From Camelus dromedarius (Eukaryota), in NCBI RefSeq assembly GCF_036321535.1, contig NC_087437.1:29142001-29206000 (forward strand): 64,000 bases of DNA. Direction: 5' to 3'. The stretch's first letter is position 1, and every line of letters begins with the position of its first letter. A program made the position numbers and the translations under genes. Below the pieces are notes generated by a model. It was not told the DNA's origin. It worked only from the letters and a program-made list of their open reading frames with translations, and did no database searches. Of this stretch, positions 11,811 to 24,499 are shown piece by piece.

Positions 11811-12584
11811 ATGATTCTCCTTTCTTTAGTTCTTTCTTAAAAAAATAATAAAACTAATAAACAAAACCAGCAATGATAGATATATACTCAGTTTAGATTA
11901 ATTTCACTTTGCTTTACCCTAGTTTTGACTCAGGGTCCAGTTCCTTTTGAGGTCTTATTTTAAATTTTGGCTTTTGTGGATTTGAAATTTGGGTCCGGGT
12001 AATAATTATTCATGTTGTTCCTCTTCTGATGGGGAAAAGCTATGGATAAAGAGTATTTTCAGAAAGAGGTTATAGGCTCAAGGGATGAAGGATGCTCCGT
12101 AACTATCCAGGACTTAACACAGCATCTGATGTACCACAGGCTCTTAAATCCTAGCTGCATAGTGAGTATGTTCATCTCTTCTGCTCATTGCATGGGCGTA
12201 TCTGGGTGTGCTGGTGGGCAGGGGAAAGCCTCTCTTCAGGGTTTGGTTCAGCACTGGATATTTTTCACATATTTTTATCTGATTGTAAAAATTATAAACA
12301 TTGTATAACCATTAGAAAACAAGTGAAAACAAACCAGAATTAAAAAAAAAATTCCAGTCACAGTTCTCAGCATTGTAACTACTTTAACACAGACATACTT
12401 TTTAAACAAAAATAGGACCTGAAATGTCACATCACATTCCTGCCTAACTCCTTTTAGGACAACTATGTGTGGGCTGGCTGCTTTTAAATCCACTTTGAAA
12501 ATCAGGCTTTAGCATTAATGAGGCAAAATGAAGTTTAATAGAAAACTCAAAATGAAATTCTGTGCAACTTTAAAGGCGTGTATA

Positions 12585-12747
12585 TATAGCGCAGGAAACG
12601 ATGTTCAATATCTTGTAGTAACTTATGGTGAAAAAGAATACGAAAACAAATATATGTATGTACACATATGACTGAAGCGTTATGCTGTACACCAGAAACT
12701 GACACATTGTGAACTGACTATACTTCAATTAAAATATATATTTTTTA
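12585..12747 (+). mobile_element. Young 5'-truncated L1 3' end with TSD
   Basis: L1 3' UTR 'tatagcgcaggaaacgatgttcaatatcttgtagtaac...gactatacttcaatt'; TSD aaaggcgtgtata (12572-12584) / aaaggcacgtata (12748-12760). Confidence 0.88.
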
Positions 12748-13461
12748 AAAGGCACGTATAGTTTGTAAGAATTCAAACTTTTTAAACGGTTGATGATTTA
12801 TAAATAGTAACACTTAACCATATCTTATTTATAATTTTTTCAAATCCATACTAATACTGTTTACTGAACTATTGTATTAATGAATTATTATGTTGCCTAG
12901 TACTTCAGTACTATTCATCTTGAGAAATGGATTCAGTTTTCAACCACTTCTAAGCTTTTGTTGAAGCCTAGATTTTCTCCTCCATAGAAAGGAAACAGAA
13001 GGTAATAGAAAGGGACTGCGTGCCTTCACTTGTGACTTTAGCACAAAACTGCTGTCTACACAAGTGGTATCAACCCTTCCTTTCACCTGCCTGCAAAAGT
13101 GAAGAGAGGCAGGGCTATGATCTGTCAATCTGGTCACTAACTCCAGGCATCTCACTTCATAGGTGATTGAGATTCACCAACTTGTCCCAGGGACGTGTAA
13201 AAACTTTGCTCTGAGGAGCTCTGTGGCCAATAATAGGTTGGATTTGAGAACAGTGCTTTGAAAATTTATGATTTCCCAGGTCAGTAAGAGCTGTGACTCT
13301 GGTCCCCTCAACTGGCATTTGTAACCATTCTTTTAAATGCTACTGTCAAATTTTAAATATCACATATAGTTTTTCTAATACTAGTAAATTAGAGGAAGGG
13401 ACTTCTTGCCTTTGGCATTTTAAACAATTTTTAATTTACAATTTTAACCACTAAAAAAAAA

Positions 13462-13547
13462 TTTTTAAATGGAGGTACTGGGGATTGAACCCAGGACCTT
13501 GTGCATGCTAAACATGTGCTCTACCACTGAGCTATACCCTCTCCCCC
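13462..13547 (-). mobile_element. tRNA-derived SINE (camelid Vic-1-like)
   Basis: Reverse strand reads gggtatagctcagtggtagagcac...gtcctgggttcaatccccagtacctcc, with Pol III A and B boxes. Confidence 0.88.
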
Positions 13548-15354
13548 TGACCCCCCTCACCCCCCAACCTTTGACTTTTAAACAATTAAATATTCACTTG
13601 TAAAATTCTAAATTTGTTTCTACCATGGTAAGATCTGCTTGGCTGAATCAGCTATAAACTTACACTTCTTCCCATATTGAACTCCAGAACAGCTTGAGTG
13701 CTTTTTGATATTAAGTGCCTACAGATACACACGATTCAGAGAAGAGGTAAAAGTTGAATTATCCCTTATTGCATCATTTTGTGATTTAAAATTTGCTTGG
13801 AGGGTCTCTGAAAGTTTTCATGCAATTGGTAGCTTAGTCTATTTTAAAACGATGGGTCCATAACTCTGGGCACTAGGCTTAACGTTAAAATCTCATTGCT
13901 TTCCAGTGCTATTAGTTATCATTATCTTTATAATTAAATCCAGTTTTCACTTATCATCTACATCAGGCAATCAAACCAGGCAATTTTACCCTTCTCTCCA
14001 CCTTCCTTTAAAAAAAGAGTATTTGGTGACCCTTTGTTAACTCATCTATGTTCAAATGCCACGATTCGCTCCTCAGCCTGTCCCTATCTTATGAGAATGT
14101 ATACAAAAGTGAATAAAGGCAGAAAGGATTGAGGTTTATCATTACAGAGAATATTGACCCTTGTAATAGTATTTTTTAAATGATCATCCTTTCCTTTCCT
14201 TTTTACAACTAGAGATTCAAACCCAGGATGAGAATTCTGCCCTTGCTTTTCAGCTCATCTACTCTGCACTCATCCTGTTTGTAAGAACAGCCTTCCAGAG
14301 GAACCCCAGACCGTTATTGTTCTTCCCTGTTCCTCTCAGTAACTGACTCAGGAAGCTTCCCTGAAGAATGGGGTTTTCTACTTTATTATCACCACTGCCG
14401 AGTATGTTACACATGGATTGTCAAAAATCTGAATGCAATAAAAGGAATAGCAATACATCTATAATGAATATAATTTAGTCCTTCAGGCTGTGGAATTTGC
14501 AATTGTGCAGACCTCCATTCTGAACATCAATGATAATGACACTGTCGCTATAAAAAATACAGGAAATGGACTGAAACAGCCTACCTCCTGTAATACTCTG
14601 CAAATTTGCTAAAAGGAGCCCTTTCTATCACTTGCTTACTTGTCACTTTCTCATAGAGGGAAAGAGTAAGGGGCTGGGGAAAGGGAGATTATGAGAGGAC
14701 GGTCGATGGGTGTGTAGGGAACACAGCTCTCTATTTTGTAAATGAATTACAGTACATAAAAATCAATCGTGGCATTAGCCAGCCTCCACAAGGACCCACC
14801 ATAAATTAACCAGAGGCAGGGACAGAGAGGGAGACCCCGAGACGAGTTACATGGCCTCAGTGGTGGGACAGTGCCGACTGGTCCTCTTCCCTCCTGGGGA
14901 GCTCAAGTCAAACAATAAGTGGAAGGCTCCCAAGCTGAGTCACCAGGTCATGACTTGCAGGTCAACTGGATCTTTCTCTTCACTTCCTTCCGCCCCACAG
15001 GGAGTCCTCACCTCCCTTGCAACTCTATGTGCCCTGGGCTGTGGAAAGGTAGACACATTGCAGGGCTCCAGGGCAGGGCCTCTGTCCTCCTGGGTCACCC
15101 CTGGCTCCCCCCCCACCCCCACCCCGTGGGCTGATTCTCCTCCCTGGGAATGTGGCCGTGGTGAGCCAGTGTGCCGAGGCCTCCCTCCTCCACATCCCCA
15201 GGTAGACAGCAGAGAGCCAGCTCCACAGCTTCTGGCCCCACTTGCTTCTGGGTTAATTCCTCCTCGCTCTGTTGCAGAATGTAATTAGAGTTTATCCACT
15301 CTGTTCCCAGCACTATCCCTTCCCTGAGCAGGTAAATCAGGTTATTCCCCTCAC

Positions 15355-15416
15355 CAGCTGCCACTTCCTGCTGAGCTGAGTCTTCCCGGAAGGTGGCACT
15401 TCCTGCTGAACACCTG
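15355..15416. promoter_or_regulatory. Candidate enhancer core: E-box/ETS/STAT(GAS)/ETS/E-box
   Basis: cagctg 15355, cacttcctgctga 15362 and 15397, ttcccggaa 15383-15391, cacctg 15411, in repeat-poor DNA. Confidence 0.5.
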
Positions 15417-17039
15417 GTGAGAGGTGCTGCTGACAGTGAGTCTGGTCAATGAATAGCTTCTCCAGCAGAGACCATTTGTCCAAGGGATATTTCCATCCGT
15501 TAACAATTAGATCCCAAAATGTTTTCACTGTGGTATGCTGTAATCTCCTAGAGCACTAGGGAAATTTTTTTTTTTTTTAAACATCTCTGTAGTTTTACCA
15601 ATAGGAGGGAGCCTCCCTCTAAATGAGCAAGACTCGGCAGGTCGGCACAGCTCACCTTGGTCCTTCTGAGCTGGTGTCTTATTGCCACTTCTTGCCCAGC
15701 CTCCTTTCTGTCTTCAACCTGGACTCCTCTTTTATGTTCACTTATTTCATTACTTGAAAGAAAACAGCGGGACCTGGAAACTCTAGTCTAGTCATGCTCC
15801 TGGACTCCTGTCTTGCCCTGCGGTTTCTTTTGATCAAAATTTCTTTCTTGCTATTACAAATGTAGCTGAGAAGCCTGGGGAATCTGAAACAAACCAAGGG
15901 ATTGTCTGAGGCTGTGTTTGTAAGTGTGTGAAGGAGGGTATGTCTCCCACATCGCTGTCTGATCTCGGGTTGATGGTGCAACCGCCCTCCCCAGAGGTTT
16001 TATGGCTACACGGAAGTGTGAGTTCCTACATTTAATTACAACATATGGTGAGTTACACCATGTTTTGGTGCTGATTTTAACACTTGTGAAGCAGTTGGAG
16101 GATTGTCCATTCTTAGATATTTAATTGCCTCTCGGCTGGAGAAGAGGTATTGCCACAAGCTGGTTTCACAATGAAAGGCTACTGCTGAGATGCTCTGCTT
16201 TCGACTGGTCTGCTTTTCTTGGGCAAAGACAACATGCACTCCAGCCTGTCTTTGTAACATCATGTTTGACATCCTGCTCTCTCATCTGTATTTTTTGCTT
16301 TCTCAGCTGACTCTTTAAAAAAATCAAATTTTGAAAGAAATGGAGTTTAAATTGGAAATTGTCCATACACTATTCAGGTAGAGAGGGCATATGTGGCATT
16401 CTGTTACATACATATGTACAATTTGACATGTTGCATATACATATTTTTGTGCGTTCTTATGAGTGGCCACCTTTTTTCTTAAATCTCCCTAAGTCTTTCA
16501 TAAAAATGTTAGCACCTACCATATGCCAAACACTAAGTATTTTAAATCTGATATTTCATAATTGGTGTTTTCATATTATGTATTTCCTATCATGTGCTTA
16601 AAAACATATTTTGAGTTTGTGTTTATATAACTATTTTCAAGTGAGCCATTTTGAAGAACGCCAAGACACAACTTGTATTTTCACTTGGAATTATAGTGAT
16701 TTTCAACTCACTTAAAATACTAGATTTTTAATTGAACTGATTTGTTTTGTAGACTGATTTTATGTGGTAATTAAAATGTTTCCTTCATATGCACTTCAGC
16801 ACACTTTTTTGCGATGGATTCATTTCTCACATCTACTACCTAATTCTGGGGGGGAAAAAAGAGAAATCAAGCACAGAGTATTTCCATTCTGGATGAGAAC
16901 TGAGCAATGTCTTTTCAGTTCTGATTATTTTCTACTCAAACCAGGAGATTTATTTCAGAAGGACATGACTGACCTTGTGATGTCAACTTCAAAATCCAAT
17001 CAGGCTAAATACCAGTTCCCACTGAAAGGGCTGAGGGCT

Positions 17040-18268
17040 TCTCGAGAATGGCTGATTCCTGGGCAACAGCAGTGAAGGTACACCATGAGCCTGTGATTTT
17101 TTTTTTCTTTTTATGCCAGAAATAAGGACGTGCTCAAAAAATGATGAGAACATGTCAAAAGTACACAGAAGCCAGCCTGAATGAGTTCCAAGAAGCCAAA
17201 TATAAGACAATCTGGGCATAAGAGAGAGAGCGAGAAAAGAGAGGTGCATTAATGGAATATGACTGCATAAAACAAGAATCCATGGGTCCAAACTGTTAAT
17301 AAATAAGGAAGAAGAGAAAGCTGTTCTTTACTGCCTGGTAGATGGAGAAGGCTAATAGATAAATAAAATGTAAATTACCATTTTGCAACCATCCCAGTGA
17401 AACTGATTCCAGCTGGAATGATCAATAGGCTTAATCTAGGGGCAGAAAATTTGATGAGGAACAAGATATTTACATAGTTTCAAACTGTCTCTTCACAAAT
17501 TACTTAATAATTACAATCGGGGAAATACTGTATGGTGGAGAAATGGGATAAGATCTTAAACGAGTGGATTAATGTTAATCACCAATAAGAGGCAGCTCCA
17601 TCCGGTGCTGCCCAGTGTGAAACTGTGAGAAAGATACAGCATCAGCCATGTAGCCGTCCAATCAAAAATCGGTAGTCTGAGCTTAATCACCAGGAAACAA
17701 CAGAAACCCCAACTTTAATCAGGATATTCAATGAAATAACTGGCCTGTGTTCATCAGAACTGCCAATGGCATGAAAGACAAAGGAAGGCCGAGGAACAGT
17801 TCTAAATTAAATGAGTCTAAACAGATATGACTGCAAACTGCGGTATGTCATCCTAGACAATATCCAATTGGGGAAAAGAAAAACTGAAAAGAATATATTA
17901 TTGGTACAACTGATGTAGCCTTCAAAGTGTTACATCAGTGTTTAAGTGCCCTGAATTTGGTAACTGTACTGTTACCAGGTAAAAGAGAAATCTTGTTCTT
18001 GGGAAACATAAAGTCAGGTATGAAGGGATAAAGGGGCATGATGTGTGAAACCTCTCACATGGATCAGAAAAATTACATACATTTTAAAACTGTGTAATAC
18101 ATAGAATGCAGATAAATAGATGGACAGATGGATAGGTAGATGAGCGCGAGAAAGAAATGTTAGCATTTGCTAAGTCTCACTAGATGGGAATCAGGTGTTT
18201 TTCATACTGTTCTTACAACTTTTCTATAAGTTTGAAATCATTTCAAACACAAACTTAAAAGAAAAAAT
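17040..18268 (+). mobile_element. Ancient L1 (L1MC/L1ME-type) 3' UTR
   Basis: Typical motifs 'aattaccattttgcaaccatc', 'aataactggcctgtgttcatcagaactg' and terminal 'tttctataagtttgaaatcatttcaaa...aaaagaaaaaa'. Confidence 0.7.
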
Positions 18269-18603
18269 ACGAAAGAGAAGCAATAAGCTAACTCACTTTT
18301 ATAGAAAGCTTTGCTGTAGCCCTATGAGTCTGGACAAAGAGGAAGTAGGAGACATACAACTCCATATCATAATTTGTAAATCTACTTGAAAAGACTACAT
18401 TTGCATATACAACAATTAAATCAGTGAATCTTCTATAATAAAATAGTTACAACTATGTACAAGTTATGGAGTAAACCTTTACAAGTTAGAATTGCAGACT
18501 TATTTATACCATGGACATTTCTTGATCATATGAAACTACAAGGTTCTAACTGTTTTTCCTGAAATCGTACAGACTCAACTTATTATCTGGACTTACTATT
18601 AAA

Positions 18604-18820
18604 CAGTTGACTCTTGAGCAACTGGGCAGGGACGAGGGTGGTTAGGGGCGCTGACCCCGCGCAGTTGAAAATCAGAGTGTGCCTTTATAGTCGGCACTCC
18701 ATACATAGATTCAGCCAACCACAGATCATGAAGTACTTAGTACGGACTGACTGGGAAAAAAAAAATCCATATATAAGTTGACTCCAGCAGTTCAAACTAG
18801 TGTTGTTCAAAGGTCAACTA
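18604..18820. mobile_element. Tigger2-family (TcMar) MITE
   Basis: TIRs cagttgactcttgagcaac / gttgttcaaaggtcaacta followed by TA. Confidence 0.85.
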
Positions 18821-18859
18821 TATATTATTTTGGGGCCATTGCTTTATCTATGTAGCAGA

Positions 18860-19035
18860 AAAACATTGCCTTAGGACTCAGGACACTTTGTTTTAGGACT
18901 AATTTGTCATTTCACTGCTCTTTGACTTTATCAAGTCAGTTAACGTTATGTGGCCTCAGTTTCCTCATCTTTGAAATGAAGAAGGTAAACTTAAGAGTCT
19001 TTGAAATCCTTTTTAACTTTAAAGTCCTATGATTC
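18860..19035 (+). mobile_element. MIR3-like SINE
   Basis: 'ggcctcagtttcctcatctttgaaatgaag' core and 'cctatgattcta' end. Confidence 0.6.
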
Positions 19036-19167
19036 TACATGGAACAGAAACTATGAGAACTGCACAGAGCAGAAAGCTGATGAAAGTAACTGGATGTATT
19101 TAATATGCTTTGATTTGCTGTTAGGATGCATGAGCAAATGGCCAAACTTCTATAAAATCTGCGTGCT

Positions 19168-19574
19168 TTTTTTTTTAATTGAAATACAGTCAGTTACAAT
19201 GTGTCGATTTCTCATGTACAACACAATATCCCAGTCATGCATATAATATATATATTTTCATATTCTTTTTCATTAAAGGTTATTACAAGATTTTTTCCCT
19301 TTTTCAGCTTTATTAGTTAGAATTATTACAGTTCAACTGCACATACACATTATATTGCATGTAAATTAGTTTCCTGTGCTATACAGAAGAAACTTTTAAA
19401 ATCTATTTTTATATATAGTGGCTAACATTTGCAAATCTCAAACTCCCAAATTTATCTTTTCCTACCCTCTTTCCCTGGTAACCATAAAATTGTTTACTAT
19501 GTCTGTGAGTCTGTTTCTTTTTTGTAGATGAGTACATTAGTGTCCTCTTTTTTTCCTTTGTTTTAGATTCCACA
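19168..19574 (-). mobile_element. Young L1 3' end
   Basis: T tract then 'aattgaaatacagtcagttacaatgtgtc...tttagattccacat'; imperfect TSD aaatctgcgtgct / aaagctatgtgct. Confidence 0.88.
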
Positions 19575-20329
19575 TAAAGCTATGTGCTCTGATGATAAAA
19601 ACACTATCATTTTCCCCAATGCTCCCACACCTCTAATTGTATTTGACACTCATGGCAAAGCTGCTGTGAGATACACAGAGTGTCCATCATCAATCCAATT
19701 TCTCATGAGACAACAGTCCCTGAGAGGTGACCTTGATATCTGTAAATAATATTAATTTCTTTCTTGATCCATCAACTTCAAAAATTTGTATTCACAATCA
19801 CATAAAAGGAGAAAATGAATGTCCCATATGCTTTCTTCATCTCTCCTCTATTGACAGGCCCCAGCTTTTTACACTGGCAGTGTTTCTATCTCTTGGGTTG
19901 TTCTAAATGGTAGATTATTCTACCCTTTGCCAATAGGTTGAGTCAAAAAATAATTTTTAAGTAAAAAGCTTTTTCACTATCAAAATACTGTGAACATTGT
20001 TAAGGTACAAAGTAGCATGATTTAACCCATAAAGAAGGAAATATAACCTTGTGTTCATAAACTTACACTAGCTGAAGAAGAATATTGCGAGTGTTAAGGT
20101 CAAATTGATTTTTCTTTTTCAATGTATTAAATATCACATGATATTATATTGTTTTATATAATATAATATATATTTTACATTGTGTGGACTGGTCAAAATA
20201 TATGAAGGACCTGTTTTATGTTTACACCATGATTTCTTTATACATGTTACTTATTTGAAATTTCTAAATTGTTTTCTTGTGGACAGAATTATAGTATGCT
20301 TTCATTTTGTCAAAGATCATCTGGTTTAT

Positions 20330-20950
20330 TAATAATCTCTCCTGTAGGAATATTTTAACTGGAGGACTTACTCTTCAGAGCCTTTGGATTACCTTTTTAT
20401 CTTGGACTGTTGATTTTCTAAGCTTGCTGAACAACTTTCATCTAATAATCACTTTTCATAGATTTCCTTTTTCTTGGCTGTCATGTTCACGTTTTTCTTG
20501 GCTGCCAGGACCTGATTTTTCTTGGATTACTTTTTCTTTTTGCTCGAGTACCTTCTGCAGTATTTTTTTTTCCAGAAAGAATGCATGACGGATAAAATTT
20601 TCTAAGCTCTTGCATGTCTAAAAATGTCTTTTGGACTTAAAAAATAATTTAGATAGGTATATAATTCTAGTTTCAATTTTCCATCAGAACTTTGAAAGCA
20701 TTTTCCATTATCTTCCAGCAACCAATTTTGCTGGGGAGGAGATTGACACCAGTCAATTCTCATTTCTTTATAGATAATCTGTTTCTTCTTTCAAAAATGT
20801 TGAGACTCTTATCTTTGATATAGTGAAGTTTCAGGAAAGGTGCCTAGGTGTGGATCCCTTTTTTTTTTTTTTTTCCCCTCCATGTATCCCACAACAGCCT
20901 TAGCCCTTCGTAGGCAAGTTATTCAACTTCTTTAGAGAAAACTTCTTTGG
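20330..20950 (-). mobile_element. Ancient L1 fragment
   Basis: 'aaattttctaagctcttgcatgtctaaaaatgtcttt' and 'cagaactttgaaagcattttccattatcttccagc' resemble antisense old L1 sequence. Confidence 0.55.
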
Positions 20951-21169
20951 TTTTAGCTTAATGAGAGTACACATCACCCCTGCATACAGATGTGGGAGTA
21001 AGGAATGGGGTGAAGATAGATTCTCATACTTTTTCTGTTAACATTAAACTCATACCCTTGATTTCTCCTTCACTTTCTCCTAGAATTCTTGCCAATTCCA
21101 AGCTTTGTGTCCATCTTCTATGTAATTTCTAAGCTGTAAATTCCTTAGCTTCTGGCTTATAACAATGAA

Positions 21170-21350
21170 ATCTAACTTTTATTGAGCTGTGCTCCAGGAA
21201 GTATCCTAGGTGCTTCATGTATCTTGACCAGTCCACACAACAACCCAATGAGATAGGTCCTATCATTTTCCACATTTCATAAGAAAACAGCTGCTCAAAA
21301 CCATACAGCTTACCACTGACTGAGCTGACATTTAATCCAGACAGTCTTAT
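21170..21350 (-). mobile_element. MIR fragment
   Basis: 'tttattgagctgtgctccagg...caacccaatgagataggtcctatcattttccacatttcataagaaaacag'. Confidence 0.6.
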
Positions 21351-21949
21351 GATCCCATCCTCCCACATCCTAGAGAAATAAATAGAAATTTTTAATTCCG
21401 TGGTGCTGGGATTGATTATGAATTTATTTCACTTGTATTTTTTAAAACAAATATTTGAGTGGAAGGTGAGGTGGGAAGGCGGAGAAGGAAAGCCGTGTGT
21501 TCTGTCTACAGCCTTTAACTGAAACATATCCATACCTCCTGAATGCCAAATGCACAAATGCTGCTGCTGGCCAAATCTGGGTGCAGGCAGTTGCCTCTGT
21601 TGTGAGTTTCCGCAGCACTACAATGGCAGACAGTGAATAGCAAAGGCTTACTGTTAGAGGTAAGACTAACTGGTCAGTCTTTCCCGTTGCTTTGATTTCC
21701 TTCCCCTGCCACAGCTGGAAGGACAGCTTGCTGACAGATCCTAGAGTTGCAGGTGAATTTCCCCAGTCCCTGCCATGCTCATTTCTCTGACTGGGCTAGG
21801 CAAGGGCTGGTAGGTGGAAGGAGGCAGACCACCAAGGGAAAGTGGCACTAGGGCTGAAGGAAGGAGTGAGGAACGGAATTTGGGTGGGAAGCTAGACTTG
21901 GCTTCTGCTCCCTGCTAATTACTAAATATCTCTAATGTGTCATGTGTTG

Positions 21950-22130
21950 GTCTAGGTATTCCACGTATATCATTCTTTTTAATCTTTACAATGACTCTGT
22001 AGCAAAGGTATTATTATGCCCATTTTATAGAGTAGGACACTGAGGTTTAGAGAGGTTAAGAAATTTGCTCATAGGTAGTATGTTCACCTGACTCAAGCCC
22101 GAGTCAGTTCCACTCTGCCACACTGTGTCT
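21950..22130 (-). mobile_element. MIR SINE
   Basis: 'cccattttatagagtaggacactgaggtttagagaggttaagaaatttgctca'. Confidence 0.7.
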
Positions 22131-22573
22131 TGGCTCCCTAGGGGAGTATTTGGAATGGAGCTAGTGTTTGTGCATGCTCCCACTTCCTGCTTCTCTCTTG
22201 ATACACTCGTGTACACACACACACACAAATTAACAAGTTCAATCAATACTTACTGAGCAGTTATATACCGGGTATTTGATAAGGTCAAGTGATAGACATA
22301 CTGCCTTCCGTGTGTCAAATCATGCCTGTCAAGCACACTGTGAAGTAACTCTGTAAGGGTGGAGGAATCTGTGCTCAGGCAGATCAGGCCTGGAAGGGCT
22401 GCCAGAGAGGCCTTTGCAGAACTGTTCTTGCTCCTCTGCCACGGAGCCTGCAGTTCTGACTCCAGACGTTGATTCCCTTGGGGTGAGATACTTTGCCAAG
22501 TCGAGAAGGAAATCCCCTTGTCAGGGGTCCCTATCACCTTAGTGTGAATTAAATGTATGGAATTAGTCTGAAA

Positions 22574-23608
22574 TGATAGTGCAATGGATCACAAAATGGT
22601 CACAGACTCCTTAGATCCCTGTATATATATCCCTTTACAGTGGAACTGTTGCGGAAAAACGTGTTACAGCTCGGTGTTACAGCTCAGTTGTGACAGCAAC
22701 CTGGATCCGGGCAAGAGGCCAAGCAGCGCTCTGAGAGTTGGAGAACTCAGGTTTATTAGGCCAGGAGGCCCAGAGAGTTAACACCCCAAGCTCTGGACCC
22801 TGTCTGTAGGTTTACACAGGCCTTTATAGGCTGCCAGTTTCACACTTTGCAACATCATATGCAAATAAAGTATAACAGAAGTTGACCAACCAGGAACAAG
22901 CTTTGTAGAAATGACCAATCAGGAGTGAGAGAAATAAACTAATCAGGAGTGAGCTCCATGCAAATGAAGTACTACAAATGGACCAATCAGAAGTTAGGGA
23001 AGTGGACCAATCAGAAGTGAGAGTAATAACCAATCAGGAGTGAAGGAAAAACCAATCAGAAGTGAGCTCAGGGAACCAATGAATTTTAGGGGTAAGTAAT
23101 CCGTTTCAGAGGCAAAAAGTGAGATAGAGCCTCAGGGCCAGGGAACCGGATGGTGCCGGCAGGAGAGTAGTGGCCCTGCTTGGGGGTCCTGCTGGTCTTT
23201 TATAGGGCTTCCCACCTCAGAACTTTTGCCATGTCACCTGTTAAGGACTTGAATTTATTTCCCTATCCCTTGGACCTGGGCTTGGACAGTTATACTTCCT
23301 TGAGCCTATTAGAAAATGTGGTACAGATCCTTGAAAAGTGCTTCCAAAAGGGTTTTCCCTCTCCTGCTGCTGGGAATCTTTCTGTCACCATGTGGACAAA
23401 AGTCCTTGAGGATGAGACCACATGAAGAAAGGCCTTAAGCATCTCAGCTGCCCTGGCTGTAGCCCCAGACAGGAAAGGAAGGCCATTTTAGATCAGTCAG
23501 CCCCAGAAAAGCTAGTCAGATCACTCACGGAATTGAGAGACATTATAAATGGTTGTTTTAAATCAAATTTTGTGGTGTTTTGTTATGGGGCAAAACCAAA
23601 CAGATGAT
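22574..23608 (+). mobile_element. Old MaLR LTR (MLT1H-like), split by the younger LTR at 22647-23219
   Basis: 'caaaatggtcacagactcc...ccctgtatat' resumes after the insertion as 'tttccctatcccttggacctgggcttgg'; ends 'ggttgttttaaatc...gtggtgttttgttatggggcaa'. Confidence 0.7.
22647..23219 (-). mobile_element. Young solo ERV1-type LTR, 573 bp
   Basis: TG...CA ends, perfect 4 bp TSD GAAC (22643-22646 / 23220-23223); minus-strand TATAAA (22823-22828) and AATAAA (22752-22757); CpGs retained. Confidence 0.93.
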
Positions 23609-24499
23609 AGATAGATAGACAGAAACATGCATACTCACATAGTTAGTTAGTTGAGGTAGGTTGGGGAAGGGGGAGTGAAACCGAAAGGGAAAAGGACCCA
23701 GGGAAAAAGGCCTTGATTACATTTGTGCAACTTGAGGGCTCTGAACAGGAGGGTGGAGGCAGGGCAGCCCCTGGGAGAGTGAACTACAGAAGAGGAGGAA
23801 GGGAAGACACGAGAAACACAGTGGCTTGTCCTCAGGGTTGACCTTACAATTTACAAGAAGAAACATTTAGAACATGTGCACTTCACCCAGATGTCAGGGT
23901 TTTGCTGTAATGTGAATAATCCAGAAGTAATCTGACACTCTTGTTGACTTTTTACTTAATAGTCCAGTGGAGATAAATAATTTCTCCATAGCTTCATTGA
24001 GTTGCATGCTGACCCAGAACTCAGAGTCTAAACACAGCCCTTATCTGAAACTGGGAGGCATCGGAAGGGGAAGCTGATTCCATTTGTCAAACTCCTGTCA
24101 CCTGGTGTTAACATCCTGCTGTTAAACGCTGATTCGGGATCACACCCTGGGCTGGATGATCCGCGTTCTCCCTCTTCTGCCCTCGCATGTGATGCTTTCT
24201 GTCTGTTCCACAGCGTAAGGAACCCGCTCTGCAGTCTGGTTACTTGGGGAGATGGATGTCTGTTGTTTTGGAGAATTTAAGCTTTCCGAGGACAGGGACC
24301 TTATTTTACTCATTCATTCGTCCCATTAATGTATTCATGCGGGGAATGTTTGTTGGGGAATGAGGTTTCATTTCTGCTTTCAAGGATCTTACTGCCTAAG
24401 TAGAAGACAAAAAAAAAAGTATCAGTTTTTAAAGAATGATGTTAAGTCTCTGCAAAATGCTGTGTGAATATGAAGAATCTGCCTTAACTCCTCCGTTAC

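Noticed and set aside
13471..13547. tRNA gene-like sequences (also at 34.6, 40.9 and 58.3 kb)
   Set aside because: They are SINE heads with tails and TSDs, with no intact cloverleaf
14851..15288. 145 aa ATG-initiated ORF in a GC-rich block
   Set aside because: Pro/Ser/Gly-rich translation expected from GC-rich non-coding DNA; no homology recognised
22900..23085. Repeat-spacer periodicity superficially like a CRISPR array
   Set aside because: Units of ~23 bp with very short variable linkers, inside a eukaryotic LTR; no cas genes; these are CCAAT enhancer repeats
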